Shown in pieces: positions 9,251 through 18,327 of a DNA stretch of 48,768 nt. Under the pieces are notes generated by a model. The model was given only the letters and a program-made list of their open reading frames with translations, was not told where the DNA came from and made no database searches. Numbering within the stretch: position 1 is the first letter of the stretch; each line of letters starts with the position of its first letter. The position numbers and the translations under genes were made by a program. The stretch is from Acidimicrobiia bacterium (lineage in GTDB: Bacteria; Actinomycetota; Acidimicrobiia; Spongiisociales; JAHEDJ01): the NCBI GenBank assembly GCA_029210695.1, contig JARGFH010000027.1:1-48768 (forward strand). Direction: 5' to 3'.

Positions 9251-9601
9251 GTGACAAAGATCGATGAGTTGATGGACAAGGCGCGCGACACGATGACGGT
9301 GAAGCGCGTGTACGGCGAACCCTATGTGAAAGATGGTGTGACCCTCATCCCGGCTGCGTCGGTGAAAGGAGGCGGCGGGGCTGGGGAGGGCGAAGGTGGA
9401 GAGAAGGCACCGGGTGCCGGCGGCGGGTTCGGGGTATCTGCGCGACCGGTGGGTGCCTATGTAATCCGGGGTGACGATGTGTCGTGGATTCCGGCAGCCG
9501 ACACGACGCGGGTGATCATCGTCGGTGAGGTCGTAGGCGTTGTGGCACTTCTGGTCGTCCGTTCGATCTTTCGGGCGCGTCGCAAGCGTGCAAGGTCGTA
9601 G
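9251..9601 (+). CDS. YtfJ/GerW family protein
   Basis: RVYGEP...DGVTLIPAA.V.GGGGAG, GGGFGVSARPVGAYVI.GD.V.W.PA; SD GGAGG. Confidence 0.85.
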   Translation: MTKIDELMDKARDTMTVKRVYGEPYVKDGVTLIPAASVKGGGGAGEGEGGEKAPGAGGGFGVSARPVGAYVIRGDDVSWIPAADTTRVIIVGEVVGVVALLVVRSIFRARRKRARS

Positions 9602-10504
9602 ATGGCTCCCGTCGTCGAAGTCGATCACCTGTCGAAGAGCTACGGCAGCTTTGTTGCGATCGAGGATGTCAGTTTCTCCGTTGAAGAAGGTGAGATCTTC
9701 GGGATTCTCGGACCGAACGGAGCCGGGAAGACGACCACGGTTGAGTGCCTTCAGGGGCTTCGGAAGGCCGACGGTGGTGTGGTACGGGTTCTGGGTCACG
9801 ACCCCCGGCACGAAGCATCACAGCTGCGGAGAAGGATTGGTTCGCAACTCCAGGAGTCGGCACTTCCCGACCGGATGAAGGTTTGGGAAGCGCTCGATTT
9901 GTTCTCGTCGCTCATTCCCCACGGACCGCCCTGGGAGGCGGTTCTGGAGCAATGGGACCTGTCGGAGAAGCGCGACGCGAAGTTCGGGAGTCTGTCGGGA
10001 GGCCAGCAGCAGCGCCTGTTCATAGCCTTGGCAGTGGTCAACGCTCCAGAGCTGGTGTTTCTGGATGAGATGACGACCGGCCTCGATCCAACCTCGCGTC
10101 GAGCGACCTGGGACCTCATCCGGCAGATCCGCGAGAACGGTTCGACCGTTGTACTCGTCACCCATTTCATGGACGAAGCTGAGAACCTATGTGATCGAAT
10201 CGCCGTCGTAGACGACAAGCGCGTCGTAGCGTTGAACACTCCCGAGGGGCTCATCCAGGACTTTGCGGGCGATTCAGAGGTCACGTTCTCCACGGATGTC
10301 GATGATCTGAGCTACCTCTTGCGTTTGGAGGAGGTCGACCGAGTCGAAAAAAAAGGTCGACGGGCTACCGTCACCGGGAAGGGGGCGCTGCTGGCGAGGG
10401 TCGCCGCCGAGCTGGTCGGGAATGGGATTGTTCCGCCGGATCTCGAGGTCAAGCGAGCGAGCCTCGAGGATGTGTTCCTCACGATCACGGGCCAGGAACG
10501 CTGA
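9602..10504 (+). CDS. ABC exporter ATP-binding protein (DrrA-like)
   Basis: [36 protein letters not shown]. Confidence 0.93.
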   Translation: MAPVVEVDHLSKSYGSFVAIEDVSFSVEEGEIFGILGPNGAGKTTTVECLQGLRKADGGVVRVLGHDPRHEASQLRRRIGSQLQESALPDRMKVWEALDLFSSLIPHGPPWEAVLEQWDLSEKRDAKFGSLSGGQQQRLFIALAVVNAPELVFLDEMTTGLDPTSRRATWDLIRQIRENGSTVVLVTHFMDEAENLCDRIAVVDDKRVVALNTPEGLIQDFAGDSEVTFSTDVDDLSYLLRLEEVDRVEKKGRRATVTGKGALLARVAAELVGNGIVPPDLEVKRASLEDVFLTITGQER

Positions 10505-10505
10505 C

Positions 10506-11255
10506 GTGCAGACCCTGGTGAGAATGTCGTGGGTGGAGCTCAAGTTGTTCCTGCGCGAACCGTTGACGGTGATGTTCTCTCTTGCTTTGCCGCTGATCAT
10601 CCTCTTTGTTCTCGGTGGAGTTTTCGGTAATGAGCCTTCTCAACCAGGAGAACAGCTCGTGTACCGGGGGGTCGGAGCGATTACCTATTACGTTCCCGCC
10701 TATCTAGCGCTTGTCGTTGCCTCAGTATGCGTAATCAGTATTCCCACTCACCTCGCCGGCAACAGGGAGCGGGGAGTCCTCAAACGATTCCATGCCTCCT
10801 CGGTCGGTGCCGCGGCCGTGGCAGGTGCCGAGCTGGCGGTGGCGTTCGTTGTTTCGGCGATCAGCGGTGTCCTGCTGCTCATTGCGGCGCAACTCGCCTA
10901 CGACTTCGACCCTCCCGATTCGATACCGGGGGTTGTCGGCGTGTTCGCGCTGCTGGTAATCGGCTTTGCCACATTCGGCATATTCCTGGGGGCAGTTCTC
11001 CCGACCGCCCGGGCTGCACAGGCCGTCGGCATGCTGGTCTGGTTCGTCATGCTGTTTCTTGGGGGAGCGGGGCCTCCGCCGGAAGTCCTCACCGATGCAA
11101 TGCGAACGGTCTCCGATTTCACTCCGCTTTGGCACGCCGTCAGGATGATGCACGATGTATGGCTGGGTCTGGATGCCGGCCTTGCATGGGCGATCTTCGG
11201 TGGGATCGCCGTGGTGAGTGCCGGGCTCGGCCTGCGGTTCTTCCGTTGGGAGTGA
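10506..11255 (+). CDS. ABC-2 type exporter permease
   Basis: ELKLFLREP, RERGVLKR, six hydrophobic segments, FFRWE end. Confidence 0.9.
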   Translation: MQTLVRMSWVELKLFLREPLTVMFSLALPLIILFVLGGVFGNEPSQPGEQLVYRGVGAITYYVPAYLALVVASVCVISIPTHLAGNRERGVLKRFHASSVGAAAVAGAELAVAFVVSAISGVLLLIAAQLAYDFDPPDSIPGVVGVFALLVIGFATFGIFLGAVLPTARAAQAVGMLVWFVMLFLGGAGPPPEVLTDAMRTVSDFTPLWHAVRMMHDVWLGLDAGLAWAIFGGIAVVSAGLGLRFFRWE

Positions 11256-11302
11256 CACTGCAAGCACGGTGTTTCACCATCCGGCCAATTGGATCGAATC
11301 CG

Positions 11303-12433
11303 CTACTCGTCTCCCGACAATTCCGTGAGGATCTCGTTGGTGTGCTGGCCGAGTGTCGGTGCCGGCCGTTTCGAGTTACCGGCTCTGAGTGGCCCCTGGA
11401 CGACGCGATACTTGCCGTCCGACGTTTCGACCTCACCCACCATCCCGGTCTCCTTGACGTAGGGCATGGCGATTGCCTGGAGCACGGTATTGAGCGGTCC
11501 GTGGGGCACCCCGGAGACGCTCAGGCGCGCTAGCGCCTCTTCCGTCGAAAAGCGTGCCACGGCCGCCTCAACCGCTGCGTCTACCTCCTCCCGGGCGTCG
11601 GTGCGCTGCGGGTTCGTGCGGAAGCGGTCGTCTCCGGCGAGATGCTCGAGACCGATCGCATTGCAGAGGAGCGGCCAGAATTTGTCGCCGATGACCGCGA
11701 TGACGACCCAGCCGTCGCGCGTGGCAAACGCGCGGTACGGCACGATGTTGTGGTGTCCGGATCCGACCGGTGCAGGATCAACTCCTGTTCCCATGGCCGA
11801 CGTTGCCATGTAGGCCAGGAACGACATGGCCGAATCGAGTAGTGGGACCTCGACGTGGCGTCCCCGGCCGTCGCGCAGGCGCCCGGCATAGGCGGCGACT
11901 CCGCCGAGTGCCGCCCATAATCCGGCCGCCAGGTCGCTGATCGCTACGCCGGCCCGGACCGGTGCTCCACCTTCTTCGCCGGTGATGGACATGATGCCGC
12001 TCTCAGCCTGGGCGATGAGATCGAGTGATCCATCGGCGGCGCGGGAACTGTTTCTGGCATATCCCGAGATTGTCACGATTACGAGGCGTGGGTGGCGAGT
12101 CAGCAGGAGGTCGGGTTCGAGACCGAGTTTCTTGACTGCCGCAGGCCGGTAGTTCTCGAGCAAGATGTCGGCCGTCTCCAGTAGGGCATGGAGAGCCTCG
12201 GTTCCGGCTTCCGTGGTCAAGTCGAGCACGATGCCGCGCTTGCCGGTGTTGAGCGACGAGAAGTAGAGCGATCGGCCGTCGACGAACGGGCCGATACCAC
12301 GGGCCATGTCACCTTCGGGAGGTTCGACCTTGATCACGTCGGCGCCCATCTCGGCGAGCACCTGGCCTGCGTATGGTCCGGCCAGGACCCTGGTCAGATC
12401 GATGACCCTGACCCCGTCGAGCAAGCCGCTCAC
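11303..12433 (-). CDS. Class III CoA-transferase (CaiB/BaiF)
   Basis: LDGVRVIDLTRVLAGPY, GADVIKVEPP.GD..R, LN.GKR, ENYRP, DL.AQAESG. Confidence 0.93.
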   Translation of the reverse strand: MSGLLDGVRVIDLTRVLAGPYAGQVLAEMGADVIKVEPPEGDMARGIGPFVDGRSLYFSSLNTGKRGIVLDLTTEAGTEALHALLETADILLENYRPAAVKKLGLEPDLLLTRHPRLVIVTISGYARNSSRAADGSLDLIAQAESGIMSITGEEGGAPVRAGVAISDLAAGLWAALGGVAAYAGRLRDGRGRHVEVPLLDSAMSFLAYMATSAMGTGVDPAPVGSGHHNIVPYRAFATRDGWVVIAVIGDKFWPLLCNAIGLEHLAGDDRFRTNPQRTDAREEVDAAVEAAVARFSTEEALARLSVSGVPHGPLNTVLQAIAMPYVKETGMVGEVETSDGKYRVVQGPLRAGNSKRPAPTLGQHTNEILTELSGDE

Positions 12434-13572
12434 TCGCCCACCACCAACCGGAGGACTTCAGTGGCGGGGAGACGAGGATCATCGAGGATTCCAATGAGAC
12501 GATCGCCGGACAGCGACCGCAGCTTCCAATCCAGTTGCTCGACCGTCATCGGGTGAAGTGGCGATCCGAGTGCGGCGTCGATTTCAATCGAGTCGGAATC
12601 CCACTTCAGAACGGCAGACGACTCAGGCAGTTGCTCGTCGAGTTCCACCCTGATCCGGGTGGCGAGCGTGCGGGCGGCCTCGTCCACTCCGGCGAATGCC
12701 CTCACGTCCGGCGGGCCGTACAACCACCCGAAGGCGGTCGTGTAGGGAATGGAGAACTTGGCCTCCAGGCCTGTGGCGACGTCATCGAGGGGGGCAGCCT
12801 GCCGCGACCGGGGATGAACCACCACCGTGATCGAACCGGCTGAGTTGGCGTCTTGGGAGGCAGACGCCCGGATCGCTGCCTCGATCGCCGCGTGGGTCTG
12901 CAGGCAACACGGAAAGGCCTTGATCCAGTTCTCCTCGATGGCTGGATCATCAGGATCCGGTTCGGCCCATCGGGCGCCGTAGGCGGATTCATACCCGTCG
13001 CGAACGGCTTCGCTCGTGGTGGCGCCGTTGGCGGCGAACCCCGCCGCCTGAACACCCTGGGAGGCGGCCATTCCCACCTGGAGGCTCTTGCCGTCGGTGC
13101 CGAACGCAGTGCGTAGCCCTCCGGCGCCGAGCACGGCCAGGAGTTGGGCATTGGTCGTTTTTTCCGCGTCGAGGCCGAGAAGATGGGCGGCGGCCGTGGC
13201 CGCGCCGACTGTTCCTGTGATCGCGGTCGGGTGCCAGCCGCGCTCATACAGCATCGGGTGGCCGGCCCTGGCAAGTGCGGCCATTGCTTCGAAACCGGCG
13301 GCATAGGCGGCCAGCATCGAACCGACCGAGCTTCCGATATGCGCTCCGAGCACTAGTGCGGCAGGAGCGACCGGTGCACTGAGGTGGGAGAGTCCCGGGG
13401 CGTACGTGTCGTCGTAGTCGAGGACATGTCCCGCCACGCCCAGCCGGATCGTCCGCTCGAGTAGGGAGTCGTCGATCGGGGCCACCGCGTGGACGGCCGG
13501 TTCGTGTCGGCCGGCGAACGCGCACGCCATCCAGTCGAGGAACGCCTGCCGGTATCCGGGATGGTCGGTCAT
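12430..13572 (-). CDS. MmgE/PrpD family protein (possible isomerase/epimerase)
   Basis: GHVLDYDD, H.SAPV.PAAL, GWHPT, K.LQVG, KAFPCC..THAAIEA, EAKFSIPY. Confidence 0.88.
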   Translation of the reverse strand: MTDHPGYRQAFLDWMACAFAGRHEPAVHAVAPIDDSLLERTIRLGVAGHVLDYDDTYAPGLSHLSAPVAPAALVLGAHIGSSVGSMLAAYAAGFEAMAALARAGHPMLYERGWHPTAITGTVGAATAAAHLLGLDAEKTTNAQLLAVLGAGGLRTAFGTDGKSLQVGMAASQGVQAAGFAANGATTSEAVRDGYESAYGARWAEPDPDDPAIEENWIKAFPCCLQTHAAIEAAIRASASQDANSAGSITVVVHPRSRQAAPLDDVATGLEAKFSIPYTTAFGWLYGPPDVRAFAGVDEAARTLATRIRVELDEQLPESSAVLKWDSDSIEIDAALGSPLHPMTVEQLDWKLRSLSGDRLIGILDDPRLPATEVLRLVVGE

Positions 13573-15194
13573 TTGTTCCTCGCGGCGGTCTCGAGCAGGC
13601 CCTTGCCGATCACCCGCAGTGCCAGAACCTCTTCGGTGCCCTCGAAGATCGACAACACCCGTGCGTCCACGAAGAGCCTGCTGATCGGGTACTCCTCGGC
13701 GTAACCGTACCCGCCGTGGAGTTGCATGGCGTCACGAGTGATCTCCTCAGCAGCCCGGGAGGCCAGCGCCTTGGCCATGGCTGCTTCGATCTGGCCCTCG
13801 CCTTCTGAGAGCAGCCTGGCCGCCTGGTAGGTGAACTGCCGGTTGGCCTGGATGCGGGCAGCCATCCGGGCGAGAGTATTGGCGGTCAGCTCGAATTCGA
13901 GAAGGGGGCGGCCGAAGACCCGTCGGGTTCTGCAATAGGCGAGCGCCTCATCGAAGGCGGCCTGCATTACTCCCAGCGCCCGGGCGGCCGTCTGAAGGCG
14001 TCCGGAGGCAAAGGCCCCCATCTGCAGGTAGAAGCCCCTTCCCAGCCCCGGCTCTCCGCCGATGAGCGCATCGAACGGCACCAGGTAGTCATCGAAAGTC
14101 AACTCGAAGCTGTGGAGTCCCCGATAGCCGATCGTGTCGATCGCCCGACCCCGCAGGGAGCCGCCGCCCGGTTGTTCGATGGCGAACTCGTGTCCGGCGA
14201 ACGGAGGTTTCTCGACTACGAACAGCGAGAGGCCCCTGGCTCCAGCGGATGAATCTGGATTGGTTCTGGCCAGAAGCATCAGCAGTTCGGCGCGGCCGGC
14301 GAAGGTCGCCCACATCTTGGCCCCATTGAGGACGAACTGATCGCCGTCCGGCCGGGCGGACATTCGCAAGGAGGCGACGTCGGAGCCGATATCCGGCTCG
14401 GTGACCGACACCGCCACCATCTGGGTTCCGGCGGCAATCCGCGGTAGCCAGGTCATCTTCTGCCCGTCGGTCCCACCTTCGAGCAGCGCAGATACCAGGA
14501 TCTCGGGCCTGGTGAGCAGCGACCCTGCCATCAGCGATCCCCGGGAGAGTTCTTCGGTGGCCACAGCCATCGAGAGCAGCCCGGGTGCGTCCGGAACCTG
14601 AAAGCCCCCGTGGTCGGTGGGAATCGACATGCCGAACGCGCCCATTGCCGCCATGCCATTGATCAACTCCTCAGGTACGTCGAGATTGTGGCGGTGCACG
14701 CCTTCGGCGTGGGGAGCCACTTGTTCACGCGTGAATCGTTTGAAGGTCTCGGCCACCAGGGCAATGTCCTCGTCGAGGTGTTGGGGTCCGGTATTCGATT
14801 CCTCAAAGGAGGCGTTGAGCTTTCCGATGACGCCGGGATCAGATCCGGCCACGAGCACACGGTCGCATGGCTCGCCGCGCAGGTCATCGTCGATCCCGAG
14901 GTCCATGCGTCGCCCGTCGACCCTCGCCCGGGCCGAGCGAAGCAGATCGGCCACTGCGATACGCCCGATCTCTAACTCGGACTCTCCGTATTCGGAGTAG
15001 TCGATCATCACTCTGCTCATCGCGGTCTCGGCCGCCAGGAAGGCGAGGTGGTAAACGGCTTCCTGATGTTGATCCAGCATCTCCGTCGAGATCCTGCCGT
15101 CGCGACGCGTCACCGAGGCAAGGTGAGCGGCCGCTGAGTCGACCAGGTCCTGCATCCGTTCGACGGTCCGGCGGGCGTCCTCCTGCCAGCTCAT
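13569..15194 (-). CDS. mcd: Acyl-CoA dehydrogenase resembling (2S)-methylsuccinyl-CoA dehydrogenase
   Basis: 541 aa with an N-terminal extension; TEELSRGSL.AGSL.TRPEI, TEPD.GSDVASL, IGYRG..S.EL.FD, GRLQTAARA, DARVLSIFEG.EE; gene context. Confidence 0.72.
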   Translation of the reverse strand: MSWQEDARRTVERMQDLVDSAAAHLASVTRRDGRISTEMLDQHQEAVYHLAFLAAETAMSRVMIDYSEYGESELEIGRIAVADLLRSARARVDGRRMDLGIDDDLRGEPCDRVLVAGSDPGVIGKLNASFEESNTGPQHLDEDIALVAETFKRFTREQVAPHAEGVHRHNLDVPEELINGMAAMGAFGMSIPTDHGGFQVPDAPGLLSMAVATEELSRGSLMAGSLLTRPEILVSALLEGGTDGQKMTWLPRIAAGTQMVAVSVTEPDIGSDVASLRMSARPDGDQFVLNGAKMWATFAGRAELLMLLARTNPDSSAGARGLSLFVVEKPPFAGHEFAIEQPGGGSLRGRAIDTIGYRGLHSFELTFDDYLVPFDALIGGEPGLGRGFYLQMGAFASGRLQTAARALGVMQAAFDEALAYCRTRRVFGRPLLEFELTANTLARMAARIQANRQFTYQAARLLSEGEGQIEAAMAKALASRAAEEITRDAMQLHGGYGYAEEYPISRLFVDARVLSIFEGTEEVLALRVIGKGLLETAARNK

Positions 15195-16084
15195 TCGGCG
15201 GTGTCCGTGCGGGACTTGTCCAACACCCGGCGAGCCAGTCGTACGACCGCTTCGTCAACCATGTGTCCTTCGTCATCGGTGACGGCCCCCCGACCTTCGG
15301 CGAGTGCCGCGTCGTACAAAGCAACCAGCTTGCGGGCTCTAGCCACGGCACCCGGTGTAACGCCGAAGACCTCGTTGTAAACGGGAACCTGGACGGGGTG
15401 GATGGCGGGCCGGCTCCCGAAGCCGAGGGAGGCAAGCTCCTGTGCCTCGTTTCGCAGTGTTTCCAGGTTCGTGAAGTTGGGGGAAACCGGGCCGAGCGGC
15501 GCCTCCAGCCCCAGTGCCGCGGAAGCGACCACAACCTGCATGCGAAGCGGCAGCAACGCCGCCGAATTGGCGGGGTCGATGCCGAGTTCGGCGCTCAAAT
15601 CGAGTTCGCCGATCATCAACTGACTGACCCTCCGGGCGGCACCGAGCTCGCCGACTCCGAGCATCCCCGCCGCCGTCTCAATGATGGGCAGCAGCCGGAT
15701 CGAGCCAGCGGGCAGCCCCTTGGCGATTTCAGCGTCATCAAGGAGATTGGCGGCGTGTTCGAGTTCCGTGCGAGTGGAAACCTTGGGGATCATCACACCG
15801 GTCACACGGGCGTTGGGCACCGCCAGGATCTCCGCCCCGAATGAATCGCCCGGGTGATTGAGACGAACCCAGATATCCGGGACGGGACCGGCGAGGCCGG
15901 CCAGCCAGGAGCTAACCGTTTCTCGTGCCTGTTGCTTCGCCGACGGCGCCACCGCATCCTCGAGATCGATTATCAACGCGTCGGCGCCACGTTTGGTGGC
16001 CTTGGCGAGCATGTCGGGCCGATCACCCGGGACGAACAGGAAGCTTCGAGCTGCCACGATTCGGGGTCCCTCTCCTTCGTTCAT
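15191..16084 (-). CDS. CitE-like CoA-ester lyase (malyl-/citramalyl-CoA lyase family)
   Basis: RSFLFVPGDRP.ML.KA, ADALIIDLEDAVAP..K, IPKV, IIETAAG, LGF..R.AIHP.QV, G.MVD.AV. Confidence 0.9.
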   Translation of the reverse strand: MNEGEGPRIVAARSFLFVPGDRPDMLAKATKRGADALIIDLEDAVAPSAKQQARETVSSWLAGLAGPVPDIWVRLNHPGDSFGAEILAVPNARVTGVMIPKVSTRTELEHAANLLDDAEIAKGLPAGSIRLLPIIETAAGMLGVGELGAARRVSQLMIGELDLSAELGIDPANSAALLPLRMQVVVASAALGLEAPLGPVSPNFTNLETLRNEAQELASLGFGSRPAIHPVQVPVYNEVFGVTPGAVARARKLVALYDAALAEGRGAVTDDEGHMVDEAVVRLARRVLDKSRTDTAE

Positions 16085-16172
16085 TTCGATGTGCCTTCTT
16101 TGTAGCACCTCGAGATCAGGCCGGTCGAGCTGCCCTCGATACAATCCACCACAGTCCGGGAGAGGAGCGTCG

Positions 16173-17387
16173 GTGGACTCAGGTCTATTGAGCGGCATGC
16201 GAGTCGTTGAAGGGGCGGCCTTTGTGGCCGGGCCGCTCGGCGGTATGACCCTTGCTCAGTTGGGAGCCGACGTCATTCGATTCGACCCGATCGGCGGAGG
16301 GCTCGACTACCGACGCTGGCCGGTCACCGCAGATGGCAACAGCCTGTACTGGGCAGGGCTCAACAAAGGCAAGCGGTCGATAGCCCTTGATCTCCGGTCG
16401 GAAGAAGGCCGGGAGCTGGCCGTGGCCCTCATCACTGCACCGGGTCCGGACGCCGGGATCTTTTTGACCAACTATCCGGCGGGTGGCTGGATCGACTACG
16501 AACACCTGGTGACGCTCCGTCCTGATCTCATCATGTGCCACATTCTCGGCAATTCCGATGGGTCCACCGCGGTCGACTACACGGTCAACGCCGCGGTTGG
16601 TTACCCGGCGATCACGGGACCACAGGAGTTGGACGGGGTGGTCAACTCAGTCCTTCCTGCCTGGGATCTCATCACGGGAACGACCGCGACTACCGGGATC
16701 CTGGCGGCAGAGCGGCACCGTTATCGCACAGGAGAAGGCCGACTGTTGAAGCTCCCGCTATTCGACGTTGCCCTGGCAACAATCGGTCATCTTGGCCAAA
16801 TTGGTGAGGTTCAGGTGAACGGCGAGGATCGTGCGAGGTACGGCAACTACCTATTCGGCGCCTTCGGCCGTGACTTCGTGACCGCCGACGGCCGTCGGGT
16901 GATGGTGGTGGCGATCACCCCCAGACAGTTCCTCGGCATGATCGAAGCGGCCGGCCTCGAGACGGAGATGGCAGCGATCGAAGCGGATCTGGGTCTTGAA
17001 CTGAGGAGCGATGGAGATCTCTTCACTGCAAGAGAGGCCATCGCCGGAATCCTCGAGGTCTGGATAGCGACGCAATCTCTGGCCGAGCTGGCCGCGATAT
17101 TCGACGCTCACCGGGTGCTGTGGGGCCCATATCAGACGATGCGGGAGCTACTCGAGAACGACTCCCGTGCGTCGACCGACAATCCAATGCTCCACGAGGT
17201 TGACCAACCTGGTATCGGTCAATACCTGATGCCGGGATCCCCCATCGACACCGGCCCCGATCGCTTGCCTCCCCAGCCGGCTCCGCGGCTCGGGCAGCAC
17301 ACCGATGAGATCTTGAGTGAAATCCTCGAGCTGAGCGGGTCGGAGATTGGACGACTCCACGACACGAAGGTGGTGGCAAGTGCCTGA
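16173..17387 (+). CDS. mct: Mesaconyl-CoA C1-C4 CoA transferase (2-methylfumaryl-CoA isomerase)
   Basis: VVEG.AFVA.PLGGMTLAQLGADVIRFDPIGGGLDY.RWP, SL.WAGLNKGKRS, AVDYTVN and RYGNYLFGAFGRDF closely match Chloroflexus Mct as I recall it; SD AGAGGAG. Confidence 0.88.
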   Translation: MDSGLLSGMRVVEGAAFVAGPLGGMTLAQLGADVIRFDPIGGGLDYRRWPVTADGNSLYWAGLNKGKRSIALDLRSEEGRELAVALITAPGPDAGIFLTNYPAGGWIDYEHLVTLRPDLIMCHILGNSDGSTAVDYTVNAAVGYPAITGPQELDGVVNSVLPAWDLITGTTATTGILAAERHRYRTGEGRLLKLPLFDVALATIGHLGQIGEVQVNGEDRARYGNYLFGAFGRDFVTADGRRVMVVAITPRQFLGMIEAAGLETEMAAIEADLGLELRSDGDLFTAREAIAGILEVWIATQSLAELAAIFDAHRVLWGPYQTMRELLENDSRASTDNPMLHEVDQPGIGQYLMPGSPIDTGPDRLPPQPAPRLGQHTDEILSEILELSGSEIGRLHDTKVVASA

Positions 17388-18216
17388 ACTCGACGATTGG
17401 ATCGGCCGGAGTGAGGTGAAGGAGGATCTCATCACTGCCTGGCCGGTTGAGGCGCTGCGGGCAACCTTCGATCTTCCCGACCAGCCGTTGGTTCCGGGTG
17501 ATCCCATTCCGCCGATGTGGCACTGGTTGTTCTTCCTTTCGACGACCCGGCGGTCAGAGTTGGGTCCCGATGGTCACGCGGAGCGCGGTGGGTTTCTCCC
17601 GCCCGTCGAACTGCCGCGCAGGATGTTCGCAGGGGGTCGCACCGAGTTTCTGGCACCTCTGCGAATCGGTCAAACGGCTCGCCGGACCGGCACGATTACC
17701 GGCATCCAGACGAAGGAAGGGCGCAGCGGTCGCCTGGTGTTCGTCACCGCCCGCTTCGAGGTGGTGACGGATGACGGCCCGGCCATCGTTGAGGAGCAGG
17801 ATCTGGTCTACCGAGAAGCCGCCACAGGGAGCCAGGCTCCTGCCCCGGGAGTTGATCCGATTCCCGATGCGGCCTGGATGCAAACCATCTCGCCAGACCC
17901 CACCATGTTGTTCAGGTTTTCGGCGCTCACGTTCAATGGTCATCGCATCCACTACGACGATCCATACGTGACCGAGTTCGAGGGGTATCCGGGTTTGATC
18001 GTGCACGGGCCGATGACTGCCCTGTGGCTGCTCGGTCTCAGCGTTGCCAACGACCATCGACCGATATCCCGCTTCTCCTTCCGTGGACGGTCGCCGCTGT
18101 TCTGCGACGGCCCTGTGAGTCTGCGCGGTGGCCTCACCAAAGACGGAGCCGCCGAGCTGGCTGCATGGTCCCACGACAACCGCCTGGCTATGACCGCCGA
18201 AGTGGAGTTCGGGTAG
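17380..18216 (+). CDS. meh: Mesaconyl-C4-CoA/itaconyl-CoA hydratase (double hot-dog fold)
   Basis: WIGR, PP.WHWLFF, LGPDGH..RGGFLPPV.LPRRMFAGG, LFRFSALTFNGHRIHYD, EGYPGL.VHGP. Confidence 0.88.
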   Translation: MPELDDWIGRSEVKEDLITAWPVEALRATFDLPDQPLVPGDPIPPMWHWLFFLSTTRRSELGPDGHAERGGFLPPVELPRRMFAGGRTEFLAPLRIGQTARRTGTITGIQTKEGRSGRLVFVTARFEVVTDDGPAIVEEQDLVYREAATGSQAPAPGVDPIPDAAWMQTISPDPTMLFRFSALTFNGHRIHYDDPYVTEFEGYPGLIVHGPMTALWLLGLSVANDHRPISRFSFRGRSPLFCDGPVSLRGGLTKDGAAELAAWSHDNRLAMTAEVEFG

Positions 18217-18278
18217 CAGGAAAGGAGGGTCTGGGTTGGTGGCTCTGAGTAGCGGCAGAGCCTGACCGGAGCGTGGGG

Positions 18279-18309
18279 GCCAATTGCCAATTGCCAATTG
18301 CCAATTGCC
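18279..18309. repeat. (GCCAATT)4 heptamer tandem repeat
   Basis: Four exact intergenic copies immediately upstream of the -10-like TAGAGT of the hydrolase gene. Confidence 0.85.
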
Positions 18310-18327
18310 CATTCCTAGAGTCTCCTG

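Noticed and set aside
15191..18216. Evidence of an autotrophic 3-hydroxypropionate bi-cycle
   Set aside because: Malonyl-CoA reductase, propionyl-CoA synthase and mesaconyl-C1-CoA hydratase are not in the window; Mct and Meh also occur in heterotrophs
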